In this document: one piece after another, positions 19,696 to 29,007 of the stretch
Layout of the letters: every line of letters begins with the position of its first letter
Numbering within the stretch: the stretch's first letter is position 1
From: a virus
Reading direction: 5' to 3' (one strand)
Length of the DNA stretch: 64,000 nt
Virus record (IMG/VR): IMGVR_UViG_3300042197_001007
Program-made: the position numbers and the translations under genes
The notes under the pieces: model-generated
Database searches by the model: none
What the model saw: the letters and a program-made list of their open reading frames with translations, nothing else
What the model was told of the DNA's origin: nothing

Positions 19696-20399
19696 TTTGT
19701 TAATCCTACAATTGTGTATTCTGATGTTACACCTGTTTTTGGATTTTTCAGTGAGAATGTATGCTCAAGTCTTGGTGTTTCATCAAAAAATTGTTTAACC
19801 TGTTCAAATTCTTTGTTTGTCAGACCTTCAATCCATTCAATAAATTCTTTCTTGCTGGTAGTTGAGCTATCATAGACTTCTTCGTTATCAAATATCTGAT
19901 CAACACAGGATGCCATTGCTTCAATCACACTGTCTGCTGTTGGTGAAGCACCAAGAATTGAATTTCTGACAAAATCATCAAATGCTGGATATTTCATAAT
20001 CATACCAGTTGTGTCAGAAAGCATAATTTTATTACTATGACCTTCTGGTTTTGTGACAGTAACTTTTGTGAGATCTAAGACATATTTTACAACAGTCTCT
20101 TCATCATCTCTACAAGTGATATTCATCTCAACTGTCTCTCCAACGGAAACAGCACGAATTTGGAGAAAAATGTATTCTAAGTCAAAAGATGGCAATTCTT
20201 CAATTTTGATGCCTTTTGTAAGAATACAATTTTTAAGTAATGTCTTAAGTGCGTCTTCTACCGCTTTTTCATCATTTGTTTCCAGTGCCAACAAAAGTAG
20301 TTTTTCTTCTTTTACTACAAATGGGCGATATTTGATTTTTTTACCAGATGATGGAATTTCTAGCTCGTAAGTTGGAAGAGCGTGTTGTGGTAATGCCAT
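19683..20399 (-). CDS. gp26: Baseplate hub assembly protein gp26
   Basis: MALP..LPTYELEIPSSGKKIKYRPFVVKEEKLLL..FDLEYIFLQIRAVSVGE. Confidence 0.9.
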   Translation of the reverse strand: MALPQHALPTYELEIPSSGKKIKYRPFVVKEEKLLLLALETNDEKAVEDALKTLLKNCILTKGIKIEELPSFDLEYIFLQIRAVSVGETVEMNITCRDDEETVVKYVLDLTKVTVTKPEGHSNKIMLSDTTGMIMKYPAFDDFVRNSILGASPTADSVIEAMASCVDQIFDNEEVYDSSTTSKKEFIEWIEGLTNKEFEQVKQFFDETPRLEHTFSLKNPKTGVTSEYTIVGLTNFFG

Positions 20400-20491
20400 T
20401 ATACCTAAATCAGATCATATGTATATTTAGTGCGTCTTTTTTGACGATTTTTTGGCGGAAAAAATTTTTCGGGTTTTGAGGAATTCAGATA

Positions 20492-21214
20492 TCAATTTCG
20501 GTTTCCAGGAACCACTCGTTGCTCTACGTCTTTCTTCTGAGATGGACTATACATTCCGTTGAGTGTTCCTGCTACAGATGTAATGTTATTTGGAATTGTA
20601 TAATGTCTCGCATATGAGAATTGTGCTGAGACTTTTGCTATCTGCGAATTGCCATATGATAATGGAACAGCATCAACAGCATAAGGGTATGCTTCTTCTA
20701 AAACATATGTGAGAGGAACTCTTTGATTTGGAGCATATGGACCTTGCTCCGTTTTGCTAATCAAAATAGTTCTGGCATATTCATTTTTATATCTCAATCT
20801 AATTGATCTATTTTTTGCTCGTGGATTTGTGGATGCTAAAGATTGAATTTGCGCGAGAGATCTATTAGTCAATTGATCACTAAATTCTTTACTTTGACCA
20901 CTAAAAATAAAATCCATCCACTTGTTCAAAAATTTCAAAGCAGATAAATTAGCATCTAACATAAATCCAAATTGGATCTCAGTGTATACTCTGGTATGAG
21001 GGTACTGAACTGATCCACTGCCAAGATACAAACCATTGATAGACCCCTGAGCAGTGTTTGTATTTGGTAGTTGAGCTTCATCACAAAACAAAGAAACAAT
21101 CTCATTAATCCCCTTATACTCTACCGGTGGATTAATGATTTTTACTTCAAAATTATTGCTAAATGACATTCCGCCATACTTAGCTACCGTGTTGATGAAG
21201 CTATTAATAGACAC
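20492..21214 (-). CDS. gp54: Baseplate tail-tube initiator gp54-like
   Basis: GGMSFSNNFEV..LFCDEAQLP..YVLEEAYP..KVSAQFSY. Confidence 0.7.
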   Translation of the reverse strand: MSINSFINTVAKYGGMSFSNNFEVKIINPPVEYKGINEIVSLFCDEAQLPNTNTAQGSINGLYLGSGSVQYPHTRVYTEIQFGFMLDANLSALKFLNKWMDFIFSGQSKEFSDQLTNRSLAQIQSLASTNPRAKNRSIRLRYKNEYARTILISKTEQGPYAPNQRVPLTYVLEEAYPYAVDAVPLSYGNSQIAKVSAQFSYARHYTIPNNITSVAGTLNGMYSPSQKKDVEQRVVPGNRN

Positions 21215-21216
21215 AC

Positions 21217-21246
21217 TAAATACCTATGTTGGTCCAACTATATTTA
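21217..21246. promoter_or_regulatory. Face-to-face T4-type late promoters for gp4 (+) and gp54 (-)
   Basis: TAAATA on + at 21217-21222 and on - at 21241-21246. Confidence 0.65.
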
Positions 21247-21677
21247 TGGCGTACTCTGGATTATACAAACCCGTAAATCCCAGCAAGTATCGCGGAAACC
21301 CAACTCGTGTTATCTATAGATCTCTATGGGAACGAAAGTTCATGGTTTTCTGTGATAACAATCCCAGCATCATTGAATGGGGTAGCGAAGAGGTAATCAT
21401 TCCATATCGTGCCCCAGATGGAAAAGTGAGAAGATACTATCCAGATTTCTACATTAAGGTCCGTGAAAAGGATGGCAAGATCTCCAAGTATATCATAGAA
21501 ATTAAACCTAAAAGACAGACACAACCACCGAATGAAAAAAATAGACGAACCAGTGCCTATCGTGAAGCAGTTTTAACATACGCAAAGAACCAAGCTAAAT
21601 GGTCTGCTGCTCGTGAGTATTGTGAAGATAGGCAAATGAACTTCTTGATACTCACCGAAGACCATTTAGGAGTATAA
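21246..21677 (+). CDS. gp4: Head completion nuclease gp4
   Basis: MAYSGLYKP.NP.KY.G.PT.VIYRSLWER..WGSEE..IPY..YYPDF..EIKP. Confidence 0.95.
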   Translation: MAYSGLYKPVNPSKYRGNPTRVIYRSLWERKFMVFCDNNPSIIEWGSEEVIIPYRAPDGKVRRYYPDFYIKVREKDGKISKYIIEIKPKRQTQPPNEKNRRTSAYREAVLTYAKNQAKWSAAREYCEDRQMNFLILTEDHLGV

Positions 21678-21679
21678 CG

Positions 21680-22366
21680 ATGGCACAAGGATTTGGAGAA
21701 ATTCAAAGAAATAAAGTCAACAAAGAACCAGGATACAAAACATTATTTGAAAGAGTAACAACAGCAACTGGCGGAGAAAAGAAAAGTTACAGTTGGTATC
21801 TTGCTGCGGTAAAATCAGAGGCAGGAAAATACAAGAAAAATTTTAACAAATATACTTTAGACGAGAAAGGAGATAAGACAGGACTTGTAGAGGAACAAGA
21901 TCAAAATCAACTTAGAAAATATGTTGTTGAAGGTCACCTTTACATGTTTGAATACAAGGCAAAGATGAAATGGTTGCCTTACTATGATAGATTTCCTCTT
22001 GTTTATATAATTAAGTCACAAAAAGAAGAGTTCTGGGGTGCTAATTTACATTACCTTCCAATCAAAAAGCGAATAATCTGTGTCAAGAAATTGATGGAAG
22101 GAAAGATTGATATACCTAAGGTGTGTTTCCATAAATATATACACGCTCACGTTGATGGTTTGTATATTGATCTCGCTACAATTGAATGGGACACTGCCAT
22201 TCTATTGCCTACTGAAGATTTTGTGAAGGATGTTAGAGGAGTGAAGTTTCCAATCAATAAAGAAGAGGTTTGGAAGGAAACGAGCGAAAAATACTATGAC
22301 AAAATCACTGGTCACAGAATTGTAAAAGGATACGGAACAAAACAAAGTAGGGAGATGTCACAGTAA
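21680..22366 (+). CDS. gp2: DNA end protector gp2
   Basis: FEYKAK..LPYYDRFPL..GANLHYLP. Confidence 0.9.
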   Translation: MAQGFGEIQRNKVNKEPGYKTLFERVTTATGGEKKSYSWYLAAVKSEAGKYKKNFNKYTLDEKGDKTGLVEEQDQNQLRKYVVEGHLYMFEYKAKMKWLPYYDRFPLVYIIKSQKEEFWGANLHYLPIKKRIICVKKLMEGKIDIPKVCFHKYIHAHVDGLYIDLATIEWDTAILLPTEDFVKDVRGVKFPINKEEVWKETSEKYYDKITGHRIVKGYGTKQSREMSQ

Positions 22367-23505
22367 TGGGATATGGATATGAGCCGGGGCAAGAAGGATT
22401 ACCTCCTATAGGCGGAACGATCTCACCCCAAACACAATTCACAGACACTTCTGGTAGACCGGTTGTTGCTCCTTCTCAGGCATCTGCGGATAAAGCAAAA
22501 GAGGAGCAGGATAAAGCAAAGAAAGATCAAGAAAAATTAACCATTCTTGGACCAAAAAGTCCAACCTTGGATAAAAAATATGGCGTATTAAAATATCCTG
22601 GTGATATGATTGATGCTGATACTGATTATGTTATGTTTCAATTCAGTGAGTATAGTCCACCATTTAAAGCAGACAGTAATGATGTAAGTAGAAATGTAAA
22701 TCCCACAGCAAGTTATAATTCTTCTGGACAAGAGTATAAACCAACTGGATTGCCAACTATTATTCTCTACATGCCAGAGGATATTAGCACTGGATTTAAA
22801 GCAAACTGGGGTGGTAAAAACTTCAGTAATATTGGTGCTAATATAATGAAAACTGCTGGAGGTCAAGATTTAAGCTCTAAACTAACACAAATCACAACAG
22901 GACTAGATGAAGCTCTCACTAATGCTATACCAATGGCAGGAGCACAAATTGTTAATGCTGCGATTGGAAAAATTACAGGAGAAAGTGTTTCACTTGATGA
23001 ATTTTTTGGTGGCACACGAGGAGTAATCCTTAACCCAAATTCCGAACTACTTTTCTCTGGTTTGGATATGCGTAATTTTTCTTTAAATTATAAACTTGTT
23101 GCTAGAAGTGCTGAAGAAGCAACAATCATAGAAAATATCATCAAAACATTTAAAATGGGAATGCTTCCATATGGAAATTCTGATTATAGAGATGTTGGTG
23201 GAGCATTTTTTGCTAACGCATTAACAGGAGATGTTGGGGCATTATTTGGTGGAGAGAATAATTCATTAGCAGCCAATTATATCAAAGTTCCAGATGTTTG
23301 TAGAGTATCATTTATGCGAGGTGGAACATTAAATAAAAACGTGCCACAATATAAAATGTGTGCTCTCACTCAAGTTGATGTTAGTTATACTCCAGATGGA
23401 ACATATGCTACAACAAGAGATGGACGCATGGTTGCTTATCAAATGAGTTTAAACTTCCAAGAAACAAAACTCATCTTCAGAGAAGACGTAAAGGCAGGTT
23501 ACTAA
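22366..23505 (+). CDS. gp48: Baseplate tail-tube cap gp48
   Basis: LKYP..IILYMPEDIS..NPNSELLFSG..VSYTPDG..L.FQETKL. Confidence 0.9.
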   Translation: MGYGYEPGQEGLPPIGGTISPQTQFTDTSGRPVVAPSQASADKAKEEQDKAKKDQEKLTILGPKSPTLDKKYGVLKYPGDMIDADTDYVMFQFSEYSPPFKADSNDVSRNVNPTASYNSSGQEYKPTGLPTIILYMPEDISTGFKANWGGKNFSNIGANIMKTAGGQDLSSKLTQITTGLDEALTNAIPMAGAQIVNAAIGKITGESVSLDEFFGGTRGVILNPNSELLFSGLDMRNFSLNYKLVARSAEEATIIENIIKTFKMGMLPYGNSDYRDVGGAFFANALTGDVGALFGGENNSLAANYIKVPDVCRVSFMRGGTLNKNVPQYKMCALTQVDVSYTPDGTYATTRDGRMVAYQMSLNFQETKLIFREDVKAGY

Positions 23506-23506
23506 A

Positions 23507-24136
23507 ATGTTCTTTTCAATCGTTCCTAACATCTCATACGACGAGAAACCAATCAGTTATCCTTTTTCAGAAGCAGACTTTATTACTGCCAAGAATTTTT
23601 TTCGCAGATACAAAGTCAATGATGAAATATTCTCATACGTTGTATTCTTCACAAAATATACAATCGTAGATGGTGACAGACCAGACACACTTGCCGACAA
23701 ACTTTATGGTGATCCATTCTATGATTGGGTCATCCTTCTGACAAACAACCTTGTCAATTCACAGTATGATTGGCCAATGACAAATTATACCTTGAGTAAA
23801 GTTATTGAGAAAGAATTTGATGATCCATATGGAACCATTCATCACTATGAAACCTATAAGTATGGTCCATATCCAGAAGGATTACATGTAGATGCTACTT
23901 TCTACAACGCAACACACAAATTAAATATAGATGGTCAAATTGTAACTAAATCTGGTAATGAATTATCCAGACCAGTTACAATCATTGAGCACTATACAGC
24001 AGAAAATGAAAAGAAACGTGAAATCTATTTGCTAAAACCAGTATACCTACAAGCATTTGTAGATGATTTTAGAAAGCAAAACCTCTATAAGAAGTCTGGT
24101 AACTACGTCACTCAGCAGCTCAAAAAGACTGGTTGA
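23507..24136 (+). CDS. gp53: Baseplate wedge gp53
   Basis: KNFFRR..RPDTLA.KLYGDPFYDWVILLTNN..WP. Confidence 0.9.
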   Translation: MFFSIVPNISYDEKPISYPFSEADFITAKNFFRRYKVNDEIFSYVVFFTKYTIVDGDRPDTLADKLYGDPFYDWVILLTNNLVNSQYDWPMTNYTLSKVIEKEFDDPYGTIHHYETYKYGPYPEGLHVDATFYNATHKLNIDGQIVTKSGNELSRPVTIIEHYTAENEKKREIYLLKPVYLQAFVDDFRKQNLYKKSGNYVTQQLKKTG

Positions 24137-24153
24137 ACTTTTTAGATAAAAAA

Positions 24154-24181
24154 ATTGGCGGAAAATTTTTTTCCCGCCAAT
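24154..24181. terminator. Bidirectional terminator-like hairpin between convergent gp53 and gp32
   Basis: ATTGGCGG/CCGCCAAT inverted repeat with flanking A/T runs. Confidence 0.6.
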
Positions 24182-24205
24182 GAAAATCATTTATTGATTT
24201 TGGTT

Positions 24206-25117
24206 TCAGTCATCTTCAGCTAGACGAGCGAAGTAACTGAGAGCATCGTCATCATCAACGACTGCTTCTTCCTTCACTGGAGCAGGAACTGCTGTAACAC
24301 GAGAACGGAATGAAGGCAGGGCAGGTTCTTCTGCCACAGGTTCAAACTCTTCCTCATCTTCATCATAGGATTGACGAGCAGGACGGGAAGTAACACCAAG
24401 CACAAGGTTCAGACGTGCCTCAAGTTCTTCGTAGGTCTTGAAACTATCAGGAGCAGTAAAAGCTGCGAGAGAGTATTCACTCTTCCAGACTTTTTCAAGT
24501 TCAGTGTCATCTGCCGACAGAGCAGACACACTATCAAACTCAGAACTATCGTAGTTCCAATAACCAGCAACTTTCTTGATCTTCAGTTTGAAGTTAGCAC
24601 CTTCCCAAAGATCAAACACATTCACGGGTTCTTCATCTTGGAACTCAGGTTGCATCGCAGCAAGGATCTTATCATGGATCTTCTTGCCGTACTTATACAG
24701 GAACACACGACCCTCGTTCTCAGGGTTCTTAGGATCTTTCACGACGTAGATGTTGCTGTAGTAAGAGAGCTTGCGCTTCTGCTTACGAGCAGTCTCTTTA
24801 TCTTCATCACTACCGCTGTTCCACAGGCGGCGGTTGATCTCACCAACAGGATCTTTCTCGTTGAGAGTAGTCAGACTATTCTCAATATACCATCCACCAG
24901 GACCTTGGAAGGCATGAGAATAGACTTTCGCCCAGGGCACCGTCTCCCCTTCAGGAGCAGGCAGAAACCGGATCACGGCATAACCGTTACCAGCAGCATC
25001 AACCTCGGGCTTCCAGAACCGCTCATCGACATTCTTGCCGCTGGCAGACTTCTCAAGTTCCTTCTGAAGAAACTCAAAGTTGTTCTGGGATTTGCGCTTT
25101 AGATCAGCAAAGGACAT
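24206..25117 (-). CDS. gp32: ssDNA-binding protein gp32
   Basis: DERFWKP.VD..GNGYAVIRFLP..WYIENSLTT..YGKKI.DKI..NYD.SEF. Confidence 0.97.
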   Translation of the reverse strand: MSFADLKRKSQNNFEFLQKELEKSASGKNVDERFWKPEVDAAGNGYAVIRFLPAPEGETVPWAKVYSHAFQGPGGWYIENSLTTLNEKDPVGEINRRLWNSGSDEDKETARKQKRKLSYYSNIYVVKDPKNPENEGRVFLYKYGKKIHDKILAAMQPEFQDEEPVNVFDLWEGANFKLKIKKVAGYWNYDSSEFDSVSALSADDTELEKVWKSEYSLAAFTAPDSFKTYEELEARLNLVLGVTSRPARQSYDEDEEEFEPVAEEPALPSFRSRVTAVPAPVKEEAVVDDDDALSYFARLAEDD

Positions 25118-25173
25118 AGGATTACCTCGGATTTGTTTTGGATTTGGTCTGTGTGACGCCCAATCACTTACTC

Positions 25174-25203
25174 ATAATATCATGGCGCAGAGGCGGGTGT
25201 CAA
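25174..25203 (-). promoter_or_regulatory. sigma70-type promoter for gp32
   Basis: TTGACA-N18-TATTAT. Confidence 0.65.
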
Positions 25204-25541
25204 TCCTCTGTGCCACTTTCCAGTTTGGATTTCATGACCTTTACTTTCTCAAGTAACTCGTCAAACATGTGTTCAATTGGAGTATTAGGAGTTGCTCCCA
25301 ACATAATTACTCCTTGTTTCATTGTTTCGGCAACCGATTTAGCTTCGGGATCATCGCTCAGTTTAATACGAGCATAGAATATTTTTTGTTTTTCAATTAG
25401 TGTTTCAAGTGCTTCAAAATATTCAAGTTTTCTATCGGCATCTAACAGAACAAAGTTCATCGCAGATCTAAAACAGAACTGTTGTAGTTCCACCATTTTT
25501 TGAATATCACCACGCACTAATTCAGATTGAAAGAAGCTCAT
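25200..25541 (-). CDS. Conserved cyanophage protein (DUF1825-like)
   Basis: MSFFQSELVRGDI..LIEKQKIFYARIKLSDDPEA. Confidence 0.75.
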   Translation of the reverse strand: MSFFQSELVRGDIQKMVELQQFCFRSAMNFVLLDADRKLEYFEALETLIEKQKIFYARIKLSDDPEAKSVAETMKQGVIMLGATPNTPIEHMFDELLEKVKVMKSKLESGTED

Positions 25542-25792
25542 ACTAACATTAACTTGGCACGACTTGTTTTTTTAATAAAATTGAGTTGCTGTGCCTCGTG
25601 GCGAAGTTTTTCCTTCAAAGGTTTGCTAATCAATTTATTAACACTATCTAGTTCAATTTCATTAGTTTCACAGTAATGGATAACCGAATCAATGTAATTC
25701 ATATCTGGATTGCTCAAAGCAATCTTTTCCACTTCCTGCGAAAATTTCGCAGATGTCATAAACTTATCCTCTAATAATTGTTTTTTGTCCAT
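25538..25792 (-). CDS. gp33: Late transcription coactivator gp33
   Basis: YIDSVIHYCE.NEIE..KLISKPLKEKL..EAQ.LNF. Confidence 0.9.
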   Translation of the reverse strand: MDKKQLLEDKFMTSAKFSQEVEKIALSNPDMNYIDSVIHYCETNEIELDSVNKLISKPLKEKLRHEAQQLNFIKKTSRAKLMLV

Positions 25793-26459
25793 ATCGTTCT
25801 TGGTATTCGTCGATGTAACTCATGAGTTTAACGAAAAATTCTTTTTTAGGTGGAAGCACCTTGACTTGAGTTTCTCCATTTTCACAAGCAACGATAGTTA
25901 CAAGTTGTTTTACTCGTAACCCATATAGTTCTTGAAGCATACAAGCATATGCTGTCTCTTGAACAAAATAGTCGTAAAGATACTGTTCTTTTTTTGGTTC
26001 TGCTGCGGTCTTAAAGTCAATGATGGATAATTCGCCATCAAATTCAGCAATACAATCAACCCTTCCCGCCAACTCCAAATGTTTTGAATAAAGAGCTGCT
26101 TCTTGGAGGTATATGTTATTTATACGATCCAAAACTTCCCGACTGTGTTGAAACATTAACACAGGCAGTGGGAATTTCTGATACTTCTTGAGATCAAGGG
26201 CATTGTTGAGGTAATCTTCTACGATAGAATGATACTTTGTTCCACGATTTGTGGAACGAGAAGAAATGTTGTTTGCTTTTTCTTCTCCAACACGCTCACG
26301 CCAGCGAGCAATGCCTGCCATCTTTTCACGATTGCTACTAATCACAGTGGTGACTGACGCAAACTGACCTTCTGGTGTTGGATAAAGGCGTTTGCCATCT
26401 ACCATTACGGCATCCAATACAATTGGCGTCAGACCACCAACATGATTAAACAATTTCAT
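25764..26459 (-). CDS. PD-(D/E)XK exonuclease (exonuclease A type)
   Basis: SVTTV..RGTKYH..QEAALYS..AGRVDCIAEFDGELSIIDFKT. Confidence 0.9.
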   Translation of the reverse strand: MKLFNHVGGLTPIVLDAVMVDGKRLYPTPEGQFASVTTVISSNREKMAGIARWRERVGEEKANNISSRSTNRGTKYHSIVEDYLNNALDLKKYQKFPLPVLMFQHSREVLDRINNIYLQEAALYSKHLELAGRVDCIAEFDGELSIIDFKTAAEPKKEQYLYDYFVQETAYACMLQELYGLRVKQLVTIVACENGETQVKVLPPKKEFFVKLMSYIDEYQERYGQKTIIRG

Positions 26460-27208
26460 AGACCAAGATTGATTTTATTAATAAGATAAGACTTGACAAG
26501 ACCAGAACGAACAATGTCATCAATACCAAATTCAACAAGAGAGAACTCGGGCATATTCTGTAGAATTCTCTGGAAATCTAAGATACCAGAGCGTTCATTT
26601 ACTCGGATCAAATCTGTTTGAGAAGCATCTCCACAGAAAATAATCCTTGTATCTTGACCAACACGAGTAATTATACTATCTAATTCGTGAAAATTCAAGT
26701 TTTGACATTCATCAATAATTACGATTGAGTTATCAAGTGTAGTACCACGAATAAAGCTGGTGCTCCAGAAAGAAATTGTTTCCTGTTGCTTTAGACTGGT
26801 GTAAAGCATTTCATAGGAATTATCGTCCGGCATTTCAAACATGGATTGAACCATGTTTTTGTATGGGATCTGATAGAGAGAAGATTTATCTTCATGGTCT
26901 CCAGGAAGAAATCCAATCTCTCGTGTTGCCACAAGAGAACGGACAATATAAATCTTTTCGTATGGTGTGTATTCATTCAGAACATCTTTCAGTGCTTTGT
27001 AAAGAGCAATGAATGTTTTTCCTGTTCCTGCTACACCGTAAGCATAAAGCATCTTACCTTTATCCCACTCATCAAAAAATACTTTTTGATTGTGAGTGAG
27101 TGGTTCTACCTGAACCATGTAGTCTTCGCTGATTGGTTTACGGCGCTTTTTTTGTTTAGCACTCATACCCTGACCAGGAGTTTTTACAGTTTTCTTTCTT
27201 ACTGGCAT
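26456..27208 (-). CDS. phoH: PhoH-family ATPase
   Basis: G.AGTGKT, GFLPG, FIRGTTLD, IIDECQNL, CGDASQTDL. Confidence 0.97.
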   Translation of the reverse strand: MPVRKKTVKTPGQGMSAKQKKRRKPISEDYMVQVEPLTHNQKVFFDEWDKGKMLYAYGVAGTGKTFIALYKALKDVLNEYTPYEKIYIVRSLVATREIGFLPGDHEDKSSLYQIPYKNMVQSMFEMPDDNSYEMLYTSLKQQETISFWSTSFIRGTTLDNSIVIIDECQNLNFHELDSIITRVGQDTRIIFCGDASQTDLIRVNERSGILDFQRILQNMPEFSLVEFGIDDIVRSGLVKSYLINKINLGL

Positions 27209-27209
27209 A

Positions 27210-27476
27210 TCAGTACTTATCAGTGATGGTTTTGTTGTTGTAACGAGCTGCTTGTGGTTTGATTTTATTTTTCATAATATCTGTCCAACCAGGATGGGTT
27301 TTTGCCATCTTGTCACGCCACTCACCAACCTCTCCAGAACTGGGGCAGGTTGATGGATCACTCCAATCTCTTTCCCATTCTGGATTATCGGTTTTCCATT
27401 GTTCCCAGTCATGAACACTAAGAACAACTTCTTTTTGCTCTCCGGTAACTGTATTGTAAACTGGATATGTTGCCAT
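27210..27476 (-). CDS. Conserved hypothetical protein (MATYPVYNTVTGE..)
   Basis: ORF track; ATGA-type coupling to thyX. Confidence 0.75.
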   Translation of the reverse strand: MATYPVYNTVTGEQKEVVLSVHDWEQWKTDNPEWERDWSDPSTCPSSGEVGEWRDKMAKTHPGWTDIMKNKIKPQAARYNNKTITDKY

Positions 27477-28123
27477 TATGCCCACTCCAATGCTTCAGCA
27501 CAAATAGGAAATTGACCAGCAAATATACATTGACATTCTTTAGCAATTTCCATATGTTCCTTTTGAGTTCCATTCGCAGTTCTCAATTGTATATAGTGGA
27601 TCCACGAACGCACAGATCCTGTCATGTAGATGCGAGTAGGTGTTGCTAAAGGAAGAACAAAGCGAGCACATTCTTTCGCAATACCACCGTCAAGAAGTTC
27701 ATTGTAAAGAACCATTGCCTGATTAAAGTGCTCGGCAATTTTGACTTGAAGTTGTTGCTTCGTTTCTTCAGGAATATCATCAATTGAGTTCTGTCTGTTC
27801 TTGGTATCCTGACTACGCAGATCAGGAACTGGAATACCACTCTCCAACCAATTCACATCAGCATAACGCTGCGAAAATTCTTGAAATGTAAACGAACGAT
27901 GCCTCAGAATTTGAGCTGCGATACCTCTTGTGGTTTCAATCTCAAGTGTCATATGTGCTTGCTCAAATACAGACCAATGATTATGTTTGATACAGTATTT
28001 GAGCAGACCAGCAACGTTAGGGTTCTCCTGGTTCTGTGGATTGCTCACTCTCGCTACATACCCCATCGTCTGTTCTGCTTGAGGTGTCACTGATACGAGT
28101 TTTACTGGTCCATTTTGTCGCAT
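27476..28123 (-). CDS. thyX: Flavin-dependent thymidylate synthase
   Basis: HWSVFEQA..QILRHRSFTFQEFSQRY..ECARFVLP..LRTANGTQKEH. Confidence 0.95.
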   Translation of the reverse strand: MRQNGPVKLVSVTPQAEQTMGYVARVSNPQNQENPNVAGLLKYCIKHNHWSVFEQAHMTLEIETTRGIAAQILRHRSFTFQEFSQRYADVNWLESGIPVPDLRSQDTKNRQNSIDDIPEETKQQLQVKIAEHFNQAMVLYNELLDGGIAKECARFVLPLATPTRIYMTGSVRSWIHYIQLRTANGTQKEHMEIAKECQCIFAGQFPICAEALEWA

Positions 28124-28292
28124 TTGGTTTAAATCCTTTACTCATGAGGTCTCGTGTTTCTTGAAGATCAATCTTTGCTTGTCTCAAAGATTTCTTCATG
28201 TAAATAATCTCTTCATTGCTATAAAGCATTGGGTTTTGCTCAGCGAGCTTTAATGCTTTCTTTGCTGCTCGGATGACATCCCTAATCACCAT
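28017..28292 (-). CDS. Hypothetical protein (MVIRDVIRAAKKAL..)
   Basis: Internal ATG; 3' tail overlaps thyX by about 100 nt. Confidence 0.6.
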   Translation of the reverse strand: MVIRDVIRAAKKALKLAEQNPMLYSNEEIIYMKKSLRQAKIDLQETRDLMSKGFKPNATKWTSKTRISDTSSRTDDGVCSESEQSTEPGEP

Positions 28293-28497
28293 TCTTATTC
28301 TCCATGTATAGTTTGTACTCTGTGAGTATCTGTCTGTCAACGACATCTAACGATCCTAAGTCAAACTGGTAGTTTTTGTCAATCATATAGTCACAAAAAT
28401 TTCTAATATCTTTTGTGATTGATATTCTCATTCTTGTAAATCCACTTAATATAAAAGATCTCTTTTGAAAATTTGGATCTTTAGTCTGGATATCCAT
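28282..28497 (-). CDS. Hypothetical protein
   Basis: ORF track, coupled to neighbours. Confidence 0.6.
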   Translation of the reverse strand: MDIQTKDPNFQKRSFILSGFTRMRISITKDIRNFCDYMIDKNYQFDLGSLDVVDRQILTEYKLYMENKNGD

Positions 28498-28639
28498 CGT
28501 CATCATCCGATATGGAATAAGGTTTGTCTGGACTTATTTTGGATGTGTAAGATTGTGGGTCGGAATAGATTTCTGCTTCTAAAGATTGAACAAGAAGTTT
28601 TAGATTTTTTACAATTAATTTAAGGCGGTCTTTGTCCAT
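28481..28639 (-). CDS. Hypothetical protein (52 aa, MDKDRLKLIVKNLKLLVQSLEAEIYSD..DDDDGYPD)
   Basis: Manual translation. Confidence 0.7.
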   Translation of the reverse strand: MDKDRLKLIVKNLKLLVQSLEAEIYSDPQSYTSKISPDKPYSISDDDDGYPD

Positions 28640-28674
28640 GATGGCACATTATTATTTAACAGATATTATAGGAT

Positions 28675-28702
28675 AAAAAAAGGGAGGTGTAACCCTCCCT
28701 TT
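28675..28702 (-). terminator. Rho-independent terminator
   Basis: AAGGGAGG/CCTCCCTT hairpin followed by a U-run on the minus strand. Confidence 0.7.
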
Positions 28703-28731
28703 CGACTTCCTTCACACGGAAGTATATTCTA

Positions 28732-28818
28732 TCACATTTTCATTGCCATGGCAAGCTGTGCCTGCTTTAGCTTATTCTGTTTTTGAATTTGTCTACGAAT
28801 AATCACTAACCAGTTCAT
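28732..28818 (-). CDS. Small basic peptide (28 aa, MNWLVIIRRQIQKQNKLKQAQLAMAMKM)
   Basis: AAGGAGG RBS; TAATG overlap with the upstream gene. Confidence 0.65.
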   Translation of the reverse strand: MNWLVIIRRQIQKQNKLKQAQLAMAMKM

Positions 28819-28976
28819 TATACTACCTCCTTGTTATTGTTACAAGGACGATAGGCAACACCACGATATGTATTAGTTGGATGTGCTGGTGCGTGGGTCT
28901 GTGAATACCAACGCTGATATTCTTGCTTAGCGGTGTCAGTATTATACTGGCAACCGCGATAGGTTGCTTGTGACAT
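28818..28976 (-). CDS. DUF4278-like small protein (52 aa)
   Basis: MSQATYRGCQYNT..TYRGVAYRP; two YRG motifs; AAGGAG RBS. Confidence 0.75.
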   Translation of the reverse strand: MSQATYRGCQYNTDTAKQEYQRWYSQTHAPAHPTNTYRGVAYRPCNNNKEVV

Positions 28977-29007
28977 TAGGTTTTCTCCTTAATTTTGAGG
29001 CTAAAGA

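Noticed and set aside
20445-20480. TTGGCGGAAAAAATTTTT motif shared with 24154-24181
   Set aside because: Best explained as terminator-like A/T-tract elements; only two copies, and no further structure could be supported.
24371-25102. 243-aa plus-strand ORF
   Set aside because: Antisense shadow of gp32, explained by codon bias.
28017-28123. About 100-nt overlap of a hypothetical ORF with thyX
   Set aside because: Low-complexity tail consistent with stop-codon drift; no recoding signal.
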